From the IMG/VR virus record IMGVR_UViG_3300046522_000750: 55,224 nucleotides of DNA. One strand, 5' to 3'. The translations under genes and the position numbers were made by a program. Positions 36,672 to 46,565 of this stretch are shown piece by piece. Source of the stretch: a virus (lineage: Duplodnaviria > Heunggongvirae > Uroviricota > Caudoviricetes). The notes below the pieces were generated by a model, which worked only from the letters and a program-made list of their open reading frames with translations, did no database searches and was not told the DNA's origin. Positions within the stretch are counted from its first letter, which is position 1. The number at the start of each line of letters is the position of its first letter.

Positions 36672-37997
36672 TCAGTGGCGAGGGCCGTGTGATAGTTCGC
36701 GGTGATATTGGGGGCCACTACCCTGAAACTTCCGATCTTCCTTTTCTAGGCTTTCAGGCGTCAAGGCAGGAAGCTGATTCACCAGGTCAATCGATGCATT
36801 CATCCTTTCAACCACTGCGTCTTTCACCAAGTTGAGCATGGACTTTAAGTTTTCGCTCGCGCCACGGTGAGCAATTTCGCGGCGTGCGAAGCGGATGACG
36901 TTAAGGTACAGTGCCTCAAGCATGTCCTGCCCATCTTTAACTGGATTGGCATCAACTGCCTCCTTGAGCACTCGGGAAAAATCGTCATAGCCATCGACGA
37001 TCAGCGCATTGAGCAAGAAATCCCTGATGAATCCGTAACGGGTTTCCTCCAGCATGTTTGTTGGAGACTGCTCACCCTTGATGATCGATGACATGTAGCC
37101 ATTGAAAGCTAATCTGAAAGAAGCTTGCATTTGTGCTTGATCTTCGGTCAGTTCCTTACCGGCCTGCCCAAAAAACAAGTTCATCGCGCCAGCCGAGAGC
37201 AGCGTGTCGTACGCACCATTGCTGGTGAACAAGTGGGGAAGCAATGTTTCGAAGGCATCGACACGACCCGCTTTGAAAAGTGCGGTTATGTGCTCAAGCT
37301 CAACATTCGGCACGAACCCATTGGCTACGATGCCTGCGAAGTAGTCTGAGCTAAGGAAGCCTTGCGGAGCTGCACCAACAAGTTTTGCCTTGTATTCATC
37401 CTCGACGGACTCAAAAAACTGGACAAATGAATCCTGAGTGAAATTGAACTGCTTCGCAGCCAGAAACAACGGCATAGTGTCGCGAGATTGAGCTGCATTG
37501 ATATCCCTAAACAGGGTCTTACTCATGTTTACCTTGTCGATCAGGAATCTGACATCATCACTCTGACTCAGGTTAGCTTTAAAGGCATGATAAATAACAT
37601 TGAACTGACTGAAGGATTTTGGATCTAGTGGCTGTGCTTCCAGATCACCGCCACTGCCGAATCGACTGACGAAATCGTCATACTCAAGCGTTGCCCCGAC
37701 CATGAGCATGACCAAGGCCTTGGTCGAGTTGGCAATCGAAGGTGCCGAATAGACCGCCTGGAGAATGATCGCTCCTCGCTCCTTTTCGATTTGGAAAAGC
37801 CTGGCGTTGTCGGAAATCTCAGCCAAAAGAGCGGTGTGAACATCGCCTACTTCTGGCTTATGCTTGTAGATTGATGGGTTTTGCGCTTGCAGGTAGAGCT
37901 GAACGAAATCATCGGCTCGAAGTTCTTCAAGTGCCGACAGCACTGAGACGATAAATTTTTTGTTGCCGTATGAAGCGTTAACGTAGGTGCTATCCAT
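36672..37997 (-). CDS. five-paralog array member C
   Basis: ASYGNKKF, RADDF, GATLEYDDF, QSDDVRF. Confidence 0.9.
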   Translation of the reverse strand: MDSTYVNASYGNKKFIVSVLSALEELRADDFVQLYLQAQNPSIYKHKPEVGDVHTALLAEISDNARLFQIEKERGAIILQAVYSAPSIANSTKALVMLMVGATLEYDDFVSRFGSGGDLEAQPLDPKSFSQFNVIYHAFKANLSQSDDVRFLIDKVNMSKTLFRDINAAQSRDTMPLFLAAKQFNFTQDSFVQFFESVEDEYKAKLVGAAPQGFLSSDYFAGIVANGFVPNVELEHITALFKAGRVDAFETLLPHLFTSNGAYDTLLSAGAMNLFFGQAGKELTEDQAQMQASFRLAFNGYMSSIIKGEQSPTNMLEETRYGFIRDFLLNALIVDGYDDFSRVLKEAVDANPVKDGQDMLEALYLNVIRFARREIAHRGASENLKSMLNLVKDAVVERMNASIDLVNQLPALTPESLEKEDRKFQGSGPQYHRELSHGPRH

Positions 37998-37999
37998 CG

Positions 38000-38026
38000 A
38001 AAATCCCTCTGGTTTCGTCCATTATG
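38000..38026 (-). promoter_or_regulatory. repeated -10/RBS leader of cassette C
   Basis: minus strand CATAATggacgaaaccAGAGGGATttt. Confidence 0.75.
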
Positions 38027-38141
38027 CTGGTTGAGACGATTGGGCAACAACCGTCGCAGGCCAAGAAAAAGGAGCCCCTACTGTGTAGAAACTCCCTCAG
38101 TTATCACCAGTCGCTTGATCTGGCCGCTGATCTGTCAGACA

Positions 38142-39404
38142 TCAAGACCTTGGGCCGAAATCCACTTCCCTCCTCACTGGATGGCGACCATGTCTTTCTG
38201 GCTTAGAATCCTTGGCACCTACCTTGACTGTGTCAGCAAGGCCGCTCATCCACTCGAACACCTTCTCTTTAAGAAGCGAAACCATTTTCACATGGTCTTC
38301 AGTGATGTCGATTCGTTGCTCACCATCCACAATCTCCATGAAGACGCCCATAACATTGCCTCTTCTACCTAAATCATCATTCACGGCCAGAAGAATATTA
38401 GTGAAATGATCCAAATGTCCAAGGTTATAAGCCCTTAATAAATAGCCTGGAACATTCGAGTTAAACATGACTGGATGCGTCTTGGCGATGTCGAGTTCAT
38501 GAGCATTGATCTGCTTGATCAGCTCATTTTTGATCAATACCTGGCGATCAGTGAGGTTCCCCATATTAATTCGAAGCAATAAATCATTTAATTGATCATG
38601 GCCGCGCCCACTAGAGCCATCGCCAAGGATCTGATCAGCTGCTTTCGTAACAAGGACGCCGTTCTCTGCGTTGAACGCCCTGGTCAAAATCGGCGTCATG
38701 TCGCCGCAAGATCTTATGTAGCCACGGTCAAACAGATCCAGCACTCTTTCCGAAGCGAACACGCTGGCTGGGGCATAATGCATTAACGAAGGTCTTTTAT
38801 GCTCTGGAAGCGCATCCAGCAACTGAAAAAACGGATCTGCATCTAAGTTAGATGCAAATAAGTTAATATGCGGAAGCGACAGGAACTTTTCAATAGAGTC
38901 AGTGCTGAATGCTTTTTCAATAATTTTGAATTTATCAATTAAAAAGCGAACATCATCACTCTGCATCAGGCCAACGGTGAATGCATACCGAGCGCATTCA
39001 ATCTCTTCCTGAATCTTATAAGTTCGATTCTTTTTTGAGGATAATGAAAAATCACCACCTTTGCCAAAGAGAGGGGCGAAATCTTTATATTCGAGGGTGG
39101 CGCCCACTGATAAAGTTGCCATCAATTTGCTCAACTCTGAAATCGAAGGTGCTGCACAGAGGGCCTGAAGAATGAGCTCACCATGGTCTCTTTCAAGACC
39201 CATGCCTGACAAATTGTGAATAATTTCAATAAAAAGCCGGGTTTGTGGGTCTTTTTCGCCTTTCGAAATTTTGTAGATGGACTGATCTTCAGCCTTCAGG
39301 AATAGGTTGATGAATTCGTCTGCCCTCAACTCGAACAGTGCAGCCATGACCGAGTGTATGTAATCCTTGTTGCCGAATGAAGCCCGAATGTTGTAGTTGA
39401 TCAT
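38142..39404 (-). CDS. five-paralog array member D
   Basis: ASFGNKDY, RADEF, GATLEYKDF, QSDDVRF. Confidence 0.9.
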   Translation of the reverse strand: MINYNIRASFGNKDYIHSVMAALFELRADEFINLFLKAEDQSIYKISKGEKDPQTRLFIEIIHNLSGMGLERDHGELILQALCAAPSISELSKLMATLSVGATLEYKDFAPLFGKGGDFSLSSKKNRTYKIQEEIECARYAFTVGLMQSDDVRFLIDKFKIIEKAFSTDSIEKFLSLPHINLFASNLDADPFFQLLDALPEHKRPSLMHYAPASVFASERVLDLFDRGYIRSCGDMTPILTRAFNAENGVLVTKAADQILGDGSSGRGHDQLNDLLLRINMGNLTDRQVLIKNELIKQINAHELDIAKTHPVMFNSNVPGYLLRAYNLGHLDHFTNILLAVNDDLGRRGNVMGVFMEIVDGEQRIDITEDHVKMVSLLKEKVFEWMSGLADTVKVGAKDSKPERHGRHPVRREVDFGPRS

Positions 39405-39517
39405 GCACTTATCCCTGTTAGTTTTTTCCAAATTTAGCTTTGGAAGGCAATCATATTCAAGAAAGACCGGCCACTGCGTGAATAGCCGATCCTTCGATCA
39501 AAGACTTCTACTCCGGA

Positions 39518-40756
39518 TCAGAATCTGTTCCCTGGGTATTCATCAAACCAGCTTCGCTCTCTCGAATCCCTTTTCTGAGGAGGGGTAGGCTGAGAATGTT
39601 CGATTAGATTGTTCATCTGCTCGGTAACACTGTCCCTCAACAAAGACAACATTTGTTTGCGATCATCCGTAATGACCAAACCACGTAAAATCTTGTCATT
39701 GATATCCATGAACACCGGCATGAAAGCATGGCGAGCTTCTTCGGTTTTTCTAGCAGCGGTTATTAACTTTGAAAATTGATCAAGATCACCAGACTCAAAT
39801 GCCCGAGTCAGGTTTAGCATGGCGGAATCACCAAACAGAACTGGATTACGTTCAGCGGTCGCCACGTCATTATCATTCATTACCTCAATGAAGGCTTTTT
39901 TAATCGAGAGTTCACCCTCACTCAGTTGAAGTGTCATATAACAATCGAAAAATTCCTTCAATTCTTCACGGCCACGATTATCCCTACTCTTCTCAAGCAC
40001 TTTTTTTGTTAGTTTTATAAATGCATCGACATCACCACCCCTAAAGAAGCCTAACAAAGTCATCTCGATATCTGATGATGATGGAACGAATCCGTTATCC
40101 ACCAAGTCAGTGAGGAAATTAGGCTGAACAAGTCCCTCTTGAACATTGTACATAACCATTGGCCTACACTGTTCACTTGACGCTTCATAAAACTCAGTAA
40201 ATGAACTTTGGGTGAAGTTAAAATTCCTCAATGCACAGACAAATGATTCAACATGATGACGTGAATAAACAGTTTCAATTGACTCCATCTTGTCAATTAA
40301 ATATCGAACATCATCGCTCTGATTGATCCCAGCACTGAACGCACTGCGAGCATCATCTAACTCTTCAAAAAAATCAGATGACGTATTACGACGAGGGTAA
40401 AGTTCCCCACCGTCGCAAAACCTGGTTTTGAAGTCATCATATTCAAGTGTTGATCCAATCAAGAGCATCGCCAACAACTTGTTGGTATTTGATACTTCGG
40501 GTGTGGCATACAGCGCCTGCAGAATGATTTCGCCATGTTCTTTCCCGATAGGGAATAGGTGGCAGTTAGAAACAATTTCTCTAAACAAACGTGTGTGAGC
40601 ATCTTTATCAGACTTGGTTATCTGATAAACCTCTGGCTTATCAGCCTGCTGGAACAAATTGATAAATTCATCAGCTTTAAGCTGCTCCAGCGCTTGCATG
40701 ATTGATACGACGAACTTCTTGTTGCGGTGCGTGGCGTTAATGTCGTTGGGTTGCAT
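39518..40756 (-). CDS. five-paralog array member E
   Basis: ATHRNKKF, KADEF, GSTLEYDDF, QSDDVRY; leader CATAAT...GAGGGAT. Confidence 0.9.
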   Translation of the reverse strand: MQPNDINATHRNKKFVVSIMQALEQLKADEFINLFQQADKPEVYQITKSDKDAHTRLFREIVSNCHLFPIGKEHGEIILQALYATPEVSNTNKLLAMLLIGSTLEYDDFKTRFCDGGELYPRRNTSSDFFEELDDARSAFSAGINQSDDVRYLIDKMESIETVYSRHHVESFVCALRNFNFTQSSFTEFYEASSEQCRPMVMYNVQEGLVQPNFLTDLVDNGFVPSSSDIEMTLLGFFRGGDVDAFIKLTKKVLEKSRDNRGREELKEFFDCYMTLQLSEGELSIKKAFIEVMNDNDVATAERNPVLFGDSAMLNLTRAFESGDLDQFSKLITAARKTEEARHAFMPVFMDINDKILRGLVITDDRKQMLSLLRDSVTEQMNNLIEHSQPTPPQKRDSRERSWFDEYPGNRF

Positions 40757-40850
40757 GCCTGATCCCTCAAGGTTTTTTACATTATGGCGCTGGAGTTGCC
40801 GGGTATTCAAGAAATGTACAAAGCCCGGAATAACGACGGGCCTTGGCTGG

Positions 40851-41279
40851 TTACAGTGAAATTGGGCGCGGCTCGACGTGCTGATAGCTTAGTACCGTTG
40901 ACGAATCGCTCGGTGAGGGACGCCAGTTTCTTGCTCCAGGCCACCGCCAGAAAGCTTCTCGACCGTCGATCTTGATCCAGGCAACTTTGGCACTGCCCGG
41001 CGAGCGCATTACGTGGGTGGTGCCCTCAGGCGCCTGCGACCAATCAGCCTCAGGTCGCAATTTGCTCTCCAGGTCTTTGGCAATCCATGCCTGGCCAGCT
41101 TCAGTCAGTTCTTCGCGATGGTCGATCAGCCCGCGCTGCTTCAACCCGGCCAGTGTTCCGTTGCGACCACCGTACTCGCTTCGGCCATTGCAACCGTAGT
41201 AACCACCATGTCCTTTGGAAATATCGATCATCACCTGCTTCATCAGGTCGGTCAGGCGTAGGGGTTTCTTTGCTGCCAT
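40851..41279 (-). CDS. phage-like hypothetical protein
   Basis: LKQRGLI...LTEAG winged-helix-like segment and DWSQAPEGTTH motif. Confidence 0.65.
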   Translation of the reverse strand: MAAKKPLRLTDLMKQVMIDISKGHGGYYGCNGRSEYGGRNGTLAGLKQRGLIDHREELTEAGQAWIAKDLESKLRPEADWSQAPEGTTHVMRSPGSAKVAWIKIDGREAFWRWPGARNWRPSPSDSSTVLSYQHVEPRPISL

Positions 41280-41384
41280 CGTGGCTACTCCTATTAACTT
41301 CGTCCGCTAAATTTGTCTTGGCTGAAGCTAGTGTAAAAACCATCCCCTTCGGGAAGGTGCGACCCTGCTCTCCAAAGGCAGCAC

Positions 41385-41828
41385 TCAACCCGAGGCTTTT
41401 TCTAACACCATCGGATCGAGAATGTACTTACCGTCAGGCCGGCGCAGCCTGATCCCCGAATCTCCGCGCTCAACCGTCCATGTCTCCTGGGCAGGTGGCT
41501 GCCCTTGCGGAAAATACTTAACGCTCACTGAGGTCGTATCGGGCCTGATCACCAAGCAACCGCCTTTATCCAGTTCATCTGACCCGGAGGTCTGCACCGT
41601 GAATTGGCCACGCGGCTGATCTTTAAGACAGTCGTCGAAACCCTGGATGCGCGTAGCCTTACCATCCAACACCACGTAACTGTTTGGCCGAAACACAATT
41701 GGAATGCCAAACGAGTAAACCTTTGCCACATCTATAGCGATGTCTGTGATGGTTTGTTTTACCTGGTCACAACCGGACAGCAAGACCAGCGCCATCCCCA
41801 GGGTGATCGGTTTCAACCAACGGCTCAT
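41385..41828 (-). CDS. lipoprotein, paralog 1
   Basis: lipobox LSGC; RIQGFDDCLK...GCLVIRPD...ETWTVER...LRRPDG. Confidence 0.85.
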   Translation of the reverse strand: MSRWLKPITLGMALVLLSGCDQVKQTITDIAIDVAKVYSFGIPIVFRPNSYVVLDGKATRIQGFDDCLKDQPRGQFTVQTSGSDELDKGGCLVIRPDTTSVSVKYFPQGQPPAQETWTVERGDSGIRLRRPDGKYILDPMVLEKASG

Positions 41829-42259
41829 AACACGGCCTTCGCATCCAGAATGTATTCACCGTTTGGTCGACGTAAGGCAATGACGTGCTTACGCGGGCGC
41901 TCAACCGTCCATGTCTCTGGAATTGGGCGTCCCTCAGGGAAGTACATCACCTCTACCGAGGCGGTATCTGGCTTGATCACGATGCACCCATCGTCAGGGC
42001 CGTTGTCGGGCCCGAAGAGCATTTCCATCACGATACCGCGTTGTTCCTTCAGGCAATCGTCGAAACCTTGGATGCGTGTGCGCTTGCCATCCATCAGCAC
42101 GTAACTGTCAGGCAGGAACTCAATAGGGATGCTGGGAAGGTCGGCATTCTTGATTACGGCCTCACCAATGTCGGTAAGGGTCTGCTTGGCGTTGTCACAG
42201 CCGGACAACAACACAGCCATGGCCAACGGCGCCAGCAGAGCGACTTTGATTTGTTTCAT
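41825..42259 (-). CDS. lipoprotein, paralog 2
   Basis: lipobox LSGC; RIQGFDDCLK...GCIVIKPD...ETWTVER...LRRPNG. Confidence 0.85.
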   Translation of the reverse strand: MKQIKVALLAPLAMAVLLSGCDNAKQTLTDIGEAVIKNADLPSIPIEFLPDSYVLMDGKRTRIQGFDDCLKEQRGIVMEMLFGPDNGPDDGCIVIKPDTASVEVMYFPEGRPIPETWTVERPRKHVIALRRPNGEYILDAKAVL

Positions 42260-42373
42260 GGGGTCGAATGCTCTTCCTAGAAATTTTGCGTAAATTGACA
42301 CCGAACAGGCCGGCGCGTAAAGTGATTTGTGTTGGCCGCAAGGCAAGAATCAGACTCTCGCCGCAAGGCAATT

Positions 42374-42399
42374 AAAAGCCCGTTAATCGCGGGCTTTTT
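42374..42399. terminator. intrinsic terminator
   Basis: AAAAGCCCG-ttaatcg-CGGGCTTTTT. Confidence 0.8.
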
Positions 42400-42428
42400 C
42401 ATGCCTGTCGAAAAAAAATCCCTGTGAA

Positions 42429-44255
42429 TCATTTAATCGTAGCGCTGCGACCCAGCGGGTGACTCATGTGATTGAAGTACACTTGGCCTTCGTAATAGCA
42501 GCTCGCATTACGATAACCCTTGGTACGATCCGAGAAGATCCAGCGAAGGCGTGTCGGCCTTGTTGATGCTTGCGAATCGTAACCATCAGCCGTCCGCCAG
42601 CCCATGGTACGACTCCAGCCGTGAAGGTAGTCCGGCAGTGCTGCTTCATTCTTTAGGCCAAGGATCTCCACCAGGTCTTTCGAGTCTTTTGGATACAAAT
42701 GCCCTTTGACGTCAGCCATCACATTGTCACGGAAGTAGCAGACCGCCTTGAATTCCTTGTGCTTAGGGCTCTGCTTGAAAACTTTGGCAACCTTGTTTGA
42801 ATGGAAGTCGTCGATGGGCTTGATGGATGCCACGTGCGAGCTCAGCGCTTTCTCGGCGTTCTTGGCCAAGCGCTTCTTGAACCACTCCGTATCGTTTTCC
42901 CAGAGGGTTTCGAACTTGTCGTTACCCCATTCCATCAGCCATTCAGCGAGGTTGTGCTGATAGATCTTGAAAATGACCCCCTCCACTTCTTCCTTGGTGC
43001 CGGCGATGCCGTTGGAGATGGCCGTCATTTTTACGCAGTTTTCGGTGATAGCTTTGGCCTGGAACCAGTCGTATTCAGGGTCGTTGTCCTTCGGATAGCG
43101 AATCTGGGTCTTGTCCTTCAGGTGAATCGACATGGCGTCTTCACCGAACGGCATGAAGAACTCTGGGTTCACGCCCACCAGCGCGTCCGCCAGGAATTTG
43201 TTTTCCCACTCGGAAAACTCAAGAGTCGCATAAACGTCTTCAAGTTTTGGCAACTCAAGCGTCCAGCTTGGCTTGTAGGGTACTGGCAAGGTTGGACGGG
43301 TGGCAGAATCATGCGACAGCGCCGAACGCGCCGACTCCGTCAGGCAAATGTCAGCCGGGTTGGCGCGAGCCATTTCCTGATTGGACAGCTCGATGATCAT
43401 CGCCAGCCAGATCATCCGGTCGCGGGACAATTCGCTGATGTGAATCGTCCCGGTATCGACGTCACCTGGTTTGGCTTGACGACTGTGATTAATGGCAACC
43501 CAGTCTGGGTATCGATCAGCGTACCCGTCCAGGTCGAGTTTTTCCTTCATGTGGGCGTCATGCTGCCCGCTTTGGGCCATTTTCCCGGTGTGCAGATCGA
43601 TGTACAGGGAAGACAGGTAGGCGATACGCCCCGGTTTCTTGATGCCGATAGCGGTTGTGCCGGTGCCGATACGACCCACATGGATGCCAAACGGCAGGGT
43701 GTTTTTCAGCTCTTGCACGAAGTCCGCCAACGATGGGCTCAACACCACATTGGAATGCAGCCCTACCGCCTGAGTAGCACCGTCATGTTCGCACTGCAGC
43801 CAGCGCAGCTTCATGCCTTTGTTGATACTGTAGATCGCATCGCGCAGGCAGACCGCTACTTCACGCGTAGTGGGCTCGCCGAAGTCTTTGGAGACAGCTC
43901 CAATCATCGTCTCGATCCGGTCTTTGAAGGCCATCATAGGGCCTTGCAGCACAGCGCCCAGTTCAGCCTTGGTGGCCAGGATTTCGCGCAGGCTCTCCAG
44001 GTAGCCGTCCTCAAGCAGGACACGCTCCAGATTGACCTTGCAGATCTTGATTGTCGCTTCGATTTTCTCGTGAATCAGCATGGCCGCCGACAGACCGGTA
44101 AGGTCGGTCGTTTTCAGCATCTCGAAGGTACGCGGCCATTCATAATCACTGAAATTGCCATGGTCGCGGTCGTCGTGAATGACAATTTTGCGCTGCTGGG
44201 AGCGGTAGTCAGTCAGCCGGTCGTTGATGGTCTTGAGAAAATCGTAGCTGATCAT
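42429..44255 (-). CDS. large hypothetical protein, paralog of 53848-55224
   Basis: TAIGIKKPGRI.Y.SSL, D..IWL.M..EL..QEM; start chosen at MISYDF (ORF track extends to 44381). Confidence 0.85.
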   Translation of the reverse strand: MISYDFLKTINDRLTDYRSQQRKIVIHDDRDHGNFSDYEWPRTFEMLKTTDLTGLSAAMLIHEKIEATIKICKVNLERVLLEDGYLESLREILATKAELGAVLQGPMMAFKDRIETMIGAVSKDFGEPTTREVAVCLRDAIYSINKGMKLRWLQCEHDGATQAVGLHSNVVLSPSLADFVQELKNTLPFGIHVGRIGTGTTAIGIKKPGRIAYLSSLYIDLHTGKMAQSGQHDAHMKEKLDLDGYADRYPDWVAINHSRQAKPGDVDTGTIHISELSRDRMIWLAMIIELSNQEMARANPADICLTESARSALSHDSATRPTLPVPYKPSWTLELPKLEDVYATLEFSEWENKFLADALVGVNPEFFMPFGEDAMSIHLKDKTQIRYPKDNDPEYDWFQAKAITENCVKMTAISNGIAGTKEEVEGVIFKIYQHNLAEWLMEWGNDKFETLWENDTEWFKKRLAKNAEKALSSHVASIKPIDDFHSNKVAKVFKQSPKHKEFKAVCYFRDNVMADVKGHLYPKDSKDLVEILGLKNEAALPDYLHGWSRTMGWRTADGYDSQASTRPTRLRWIFSDRTKGYRNASCYYEGQVYFNHMSHPLGRSATIK

Positions 44256-44463
44256 GGGCGAGAATCCTTTTCGGTATGCTTTGAATATACCCATATACGG
44301 GTAATTCGTCAACTCGATACCCGAAAATATCGGCCTGTAACGTAGTTTTTGCTCTGTAACATGCCTTCTGTTACAGGCCATAAAACAGCGTTACAAGCGC
44401 TGATCCTGATTTGAAAATCCCTCACAGCGCCAGCCCATCAAGTGACCGCCACGACTGTCGACA

Positions 44464-44973
44464 TCAGATAGCTGGATCAAAGTATTCCTGGGTCTCGTAA
44501 TTGAAGCGCATGTTCATGGCGTTGCGCACTGCTTCCTTGTAGCCATTACCAGGTTTTGCATGAATCCAGCCGATCTTCGCATCGTGGTAAACGACCACGT
44601 GCTCACGGTACACGCCGTCGTTGTCGAAATTGGCACTGACCGACACCCAGCGTTCACGCTCATTCATCCAGGCAAACATTGCCGCGTCTTCGCGCTGCTC
44701 CGCTTTCAGGCGTGCCTGCATTGCTTCCAGGTAATCCAGAACGATACCGCCACCACACGTGGCGTAAACAAGTGATCGGTTATTGTCTTTGCCCTGATAG
44801 GCCAGCTGGTAAGATTCCATGGTTTCGGAGTGCACGACAAACACGCCGACATCTTTTATCGCATCGACATCTGCGCCTTTTTGTCGCTCATCGCGCATGA
44901 ACGCTTGGACAGCTTGCTCTCTGTTCGCGTAAACCGTTGGCAATACATTATTGCCGACATGAATTTTCCACAT
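44464..44973 (-). CDS. hypothetical protein
   Basis: 169-aa ORF. Confidence 0.7.
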   Translation of the reverse strand: MWKIHVGNNVLPTVYANREQAVQAFMRDERQKGADVDAIKDVGVFVVHSETMESYQLAYQGKDNNRSLVYATCGGGIVLDYLEAMQARLKAEQREDAAMFAWMNERERWVSVSANFDNDGVYREHVVVYHDAKIGWIHAKPGNGYKEAVRNAMNMRFNYETQEYFDPAI

Positions 44974-45033
44974 GGTCTGATCCCTTAATCGCCTGGTTCA
45001 CGTAAACTCGACGGCAATAATGAGGTTAAAAAT

Positions 45034-45249
45034 ATGAGCTGCTGGTTACCGATTGACACCGTGGACTTGAGTCTCGAATCCGTCGACCTGTTCGGCTACA
45101 TCGATTACGACTTGATTGAAACCCGCCTGACCGACTGTGCGTTCATTAATGGCGCATGGCACTACTTCTGCTGTGGCGAGATGAAGCACATCGACACCAT
45201 CGGCTTTCACCCAACCCACTGGATGCCTTTACCAAAAAATCCGGACTAG
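45034..45249 (+). CDS. DUF551-like phage small protein
   Basis: C-terminal PTHWMPLP motif. Confidence 0.65.
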   Translation: MSCWLPIDTVDLSLESVDLFGYIDYDLIETRLTDCAFINGAWHYFCCGEMKHIDTIGFHPTHWMPLPKNPD

Positions 45250-45332
45250 CGTCTGCATCCCATCTGTAACAGCATTTTCGCACGCTAACAGAAGGCCTGA
45301 TACCGTGCGAAAATCGTGTTACGACGTCAGAA

Positions 45333-46217
45333 TTAAAGCCCGACAGCCCAGCGCTGTTTCAATCCGATCTGATCCCAGGCCATATCATCCAGCGCATTGA
45401 GCTTCGCCTCATAATCGAAAGCCACCAGGTAAACATTCGCCGGTTCTTCAAGCACACCGGGTGAGGCAAAAGCTTCGACGTTGGCTCCAAATTGCTCGGC
45501 CAGCTTGTCCATGTCTTCTTTGACCGGCACCGCACGCGGATCAACCATCATTATTTGGATGAAGCAATATTGGCTCGCCTCGTTATCAAAAGCGATGCGT
45601 ATGGAGCGATTCAACCGTGATTCCTGAGTATGGAGGCCGGCTACCTTGCGCCAATTCATCGGCACTTCGGCATTCTCGCCTTCCATAAGGTCGCCGTGGT
45701 TATCTGTGCAAAACCGGAAACGATTCTTCAGCAAAGGAAGACCATGCAGGCCGCGCTCGCTCTTTCCTATGGGCGTATCGAACAGCGAGCGATTAGGATC
45801 AACCTCCAGCATCATCTCGAAGAACACGTCGATATCGCAGTCCATGCAGATCCTGTTCAACTCGACCATGTCGACAGGAGTTTTCTGATCCATGTGAAAA
45901 TCGTAAAGCTTCTGGAGCTTGATCTTCAGCAGATCCTTGCGCAGGTTGGCATTGAGCAGTGTCATCTGACTGACGTCGACAGACTCGCGGACACGCTCAA
46001 GGTCATAACTCGCTTGCTGCGCCAGCAGAGTTTCAGCCTTTTCGCCCAGTGCCGCTTCGAAGCGAATGGCCGCCTCTGGCGAAATAGGCAACTCGCCGCT
46101 CAGGATTCGGTTGATGCACGCCGTCGACATCCAGGTGGCCAGAGCAAGATCTTCTGGCCGGATATTCAACGGTTCAAGGACTTCACGCAGCAGGGTTTCA
46201 CCGGGCGACAAGGTCAT
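45333..46217 (-). CDS. HigA-like HTH antitoxin domain fused to ~200-aa unknown domain
   Basis: SPGETLLREVLEPLNI...INRILSGELPISPEAAIRFEAALG...QQASYDL. Confidence 0.8.
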   Translation of the reverse strand: MTLSPGETLLREVLEPLNIRPEDLALATWMSTACINRILSGELPISPEAAIRFEAALGEKAETLLAQQASYDLERVRESVDVSQMTLLNANLRKDLLKIKLQKLYDFHMDQKTPVDMVELNRICMDCDIDVFFEMMLEVDPNRSLFDTPIGKSERGLHGLPLLKNRFRFCTDNHGDLMEGENAEVPMNWRKVAGLHTQESRLNRSIRIAFDNEASQYCFIQIMMVDPRAVPVKEDMDKLAEQFGANVEAFASPGVLEEPANVYLVAFDYEAKLNALDDMAWDQIGLKQRWAVGL

Positions 46218-46229
46218 GATCGATTCCCC

Positions 46230-46505
46230 TTATTCTGCGCTGTCGGCGTTAGTCAGGCCGGCGACCGCAGCATTGACAGCTTTGTGAGCCGGAAACAGGA
46301 TCGCGGTCAGGTCTTTCTCGTTAACGTCCAGCTCAACGATTTCGACGCTGTCGAATTCGCCCGACTTGCGCGCTTTAACCAGCTCACCCTTGAGGTATTC
46401 CGGGTTGTCGCTGTATTCGTATTCCGACATGCAAGCGATGGCTTCAATGCCGTATTCACCTTGATAGGCACATTTACGTTGAGCAACGACGACGTGAATT
46501 TTCAT
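46230..46505 (-). CDS. small acidic hypothetical protein
   Basis: 91 aa between the two HigA fusions. Confidence 0.65.
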   Translation of the reverse strand: MKIHVVVAQRKCAYQGEYGIEAIACMSEYEYSDNPEYLKGELVKARKSGEFDSVEIVELDVNEKDLTAILFPAHKAVNAAVAGLTNADSAE

Positions 46506-46565
46506 TTTCGCTTCCTGCTTTATGGGTGATTACGCAATGTTGGATTAAGGCCAAAATCGGTTGGC

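Noticed and set aside
42801-44345. 514-aa plus-strand ORF, and similar long antisense ORFs (23693-24514, 29386-30174, 45630-46529, 10955-11509)
   Set aside because: Shadow frames of well-supported opposite-strand genes, with no RBS or motif support
44355-44375. GacA-type TGTAAG-N6-CTTACA box
   Set aside because: Half-sites are TGTAAC/GTTACA with a 9-nt spacer
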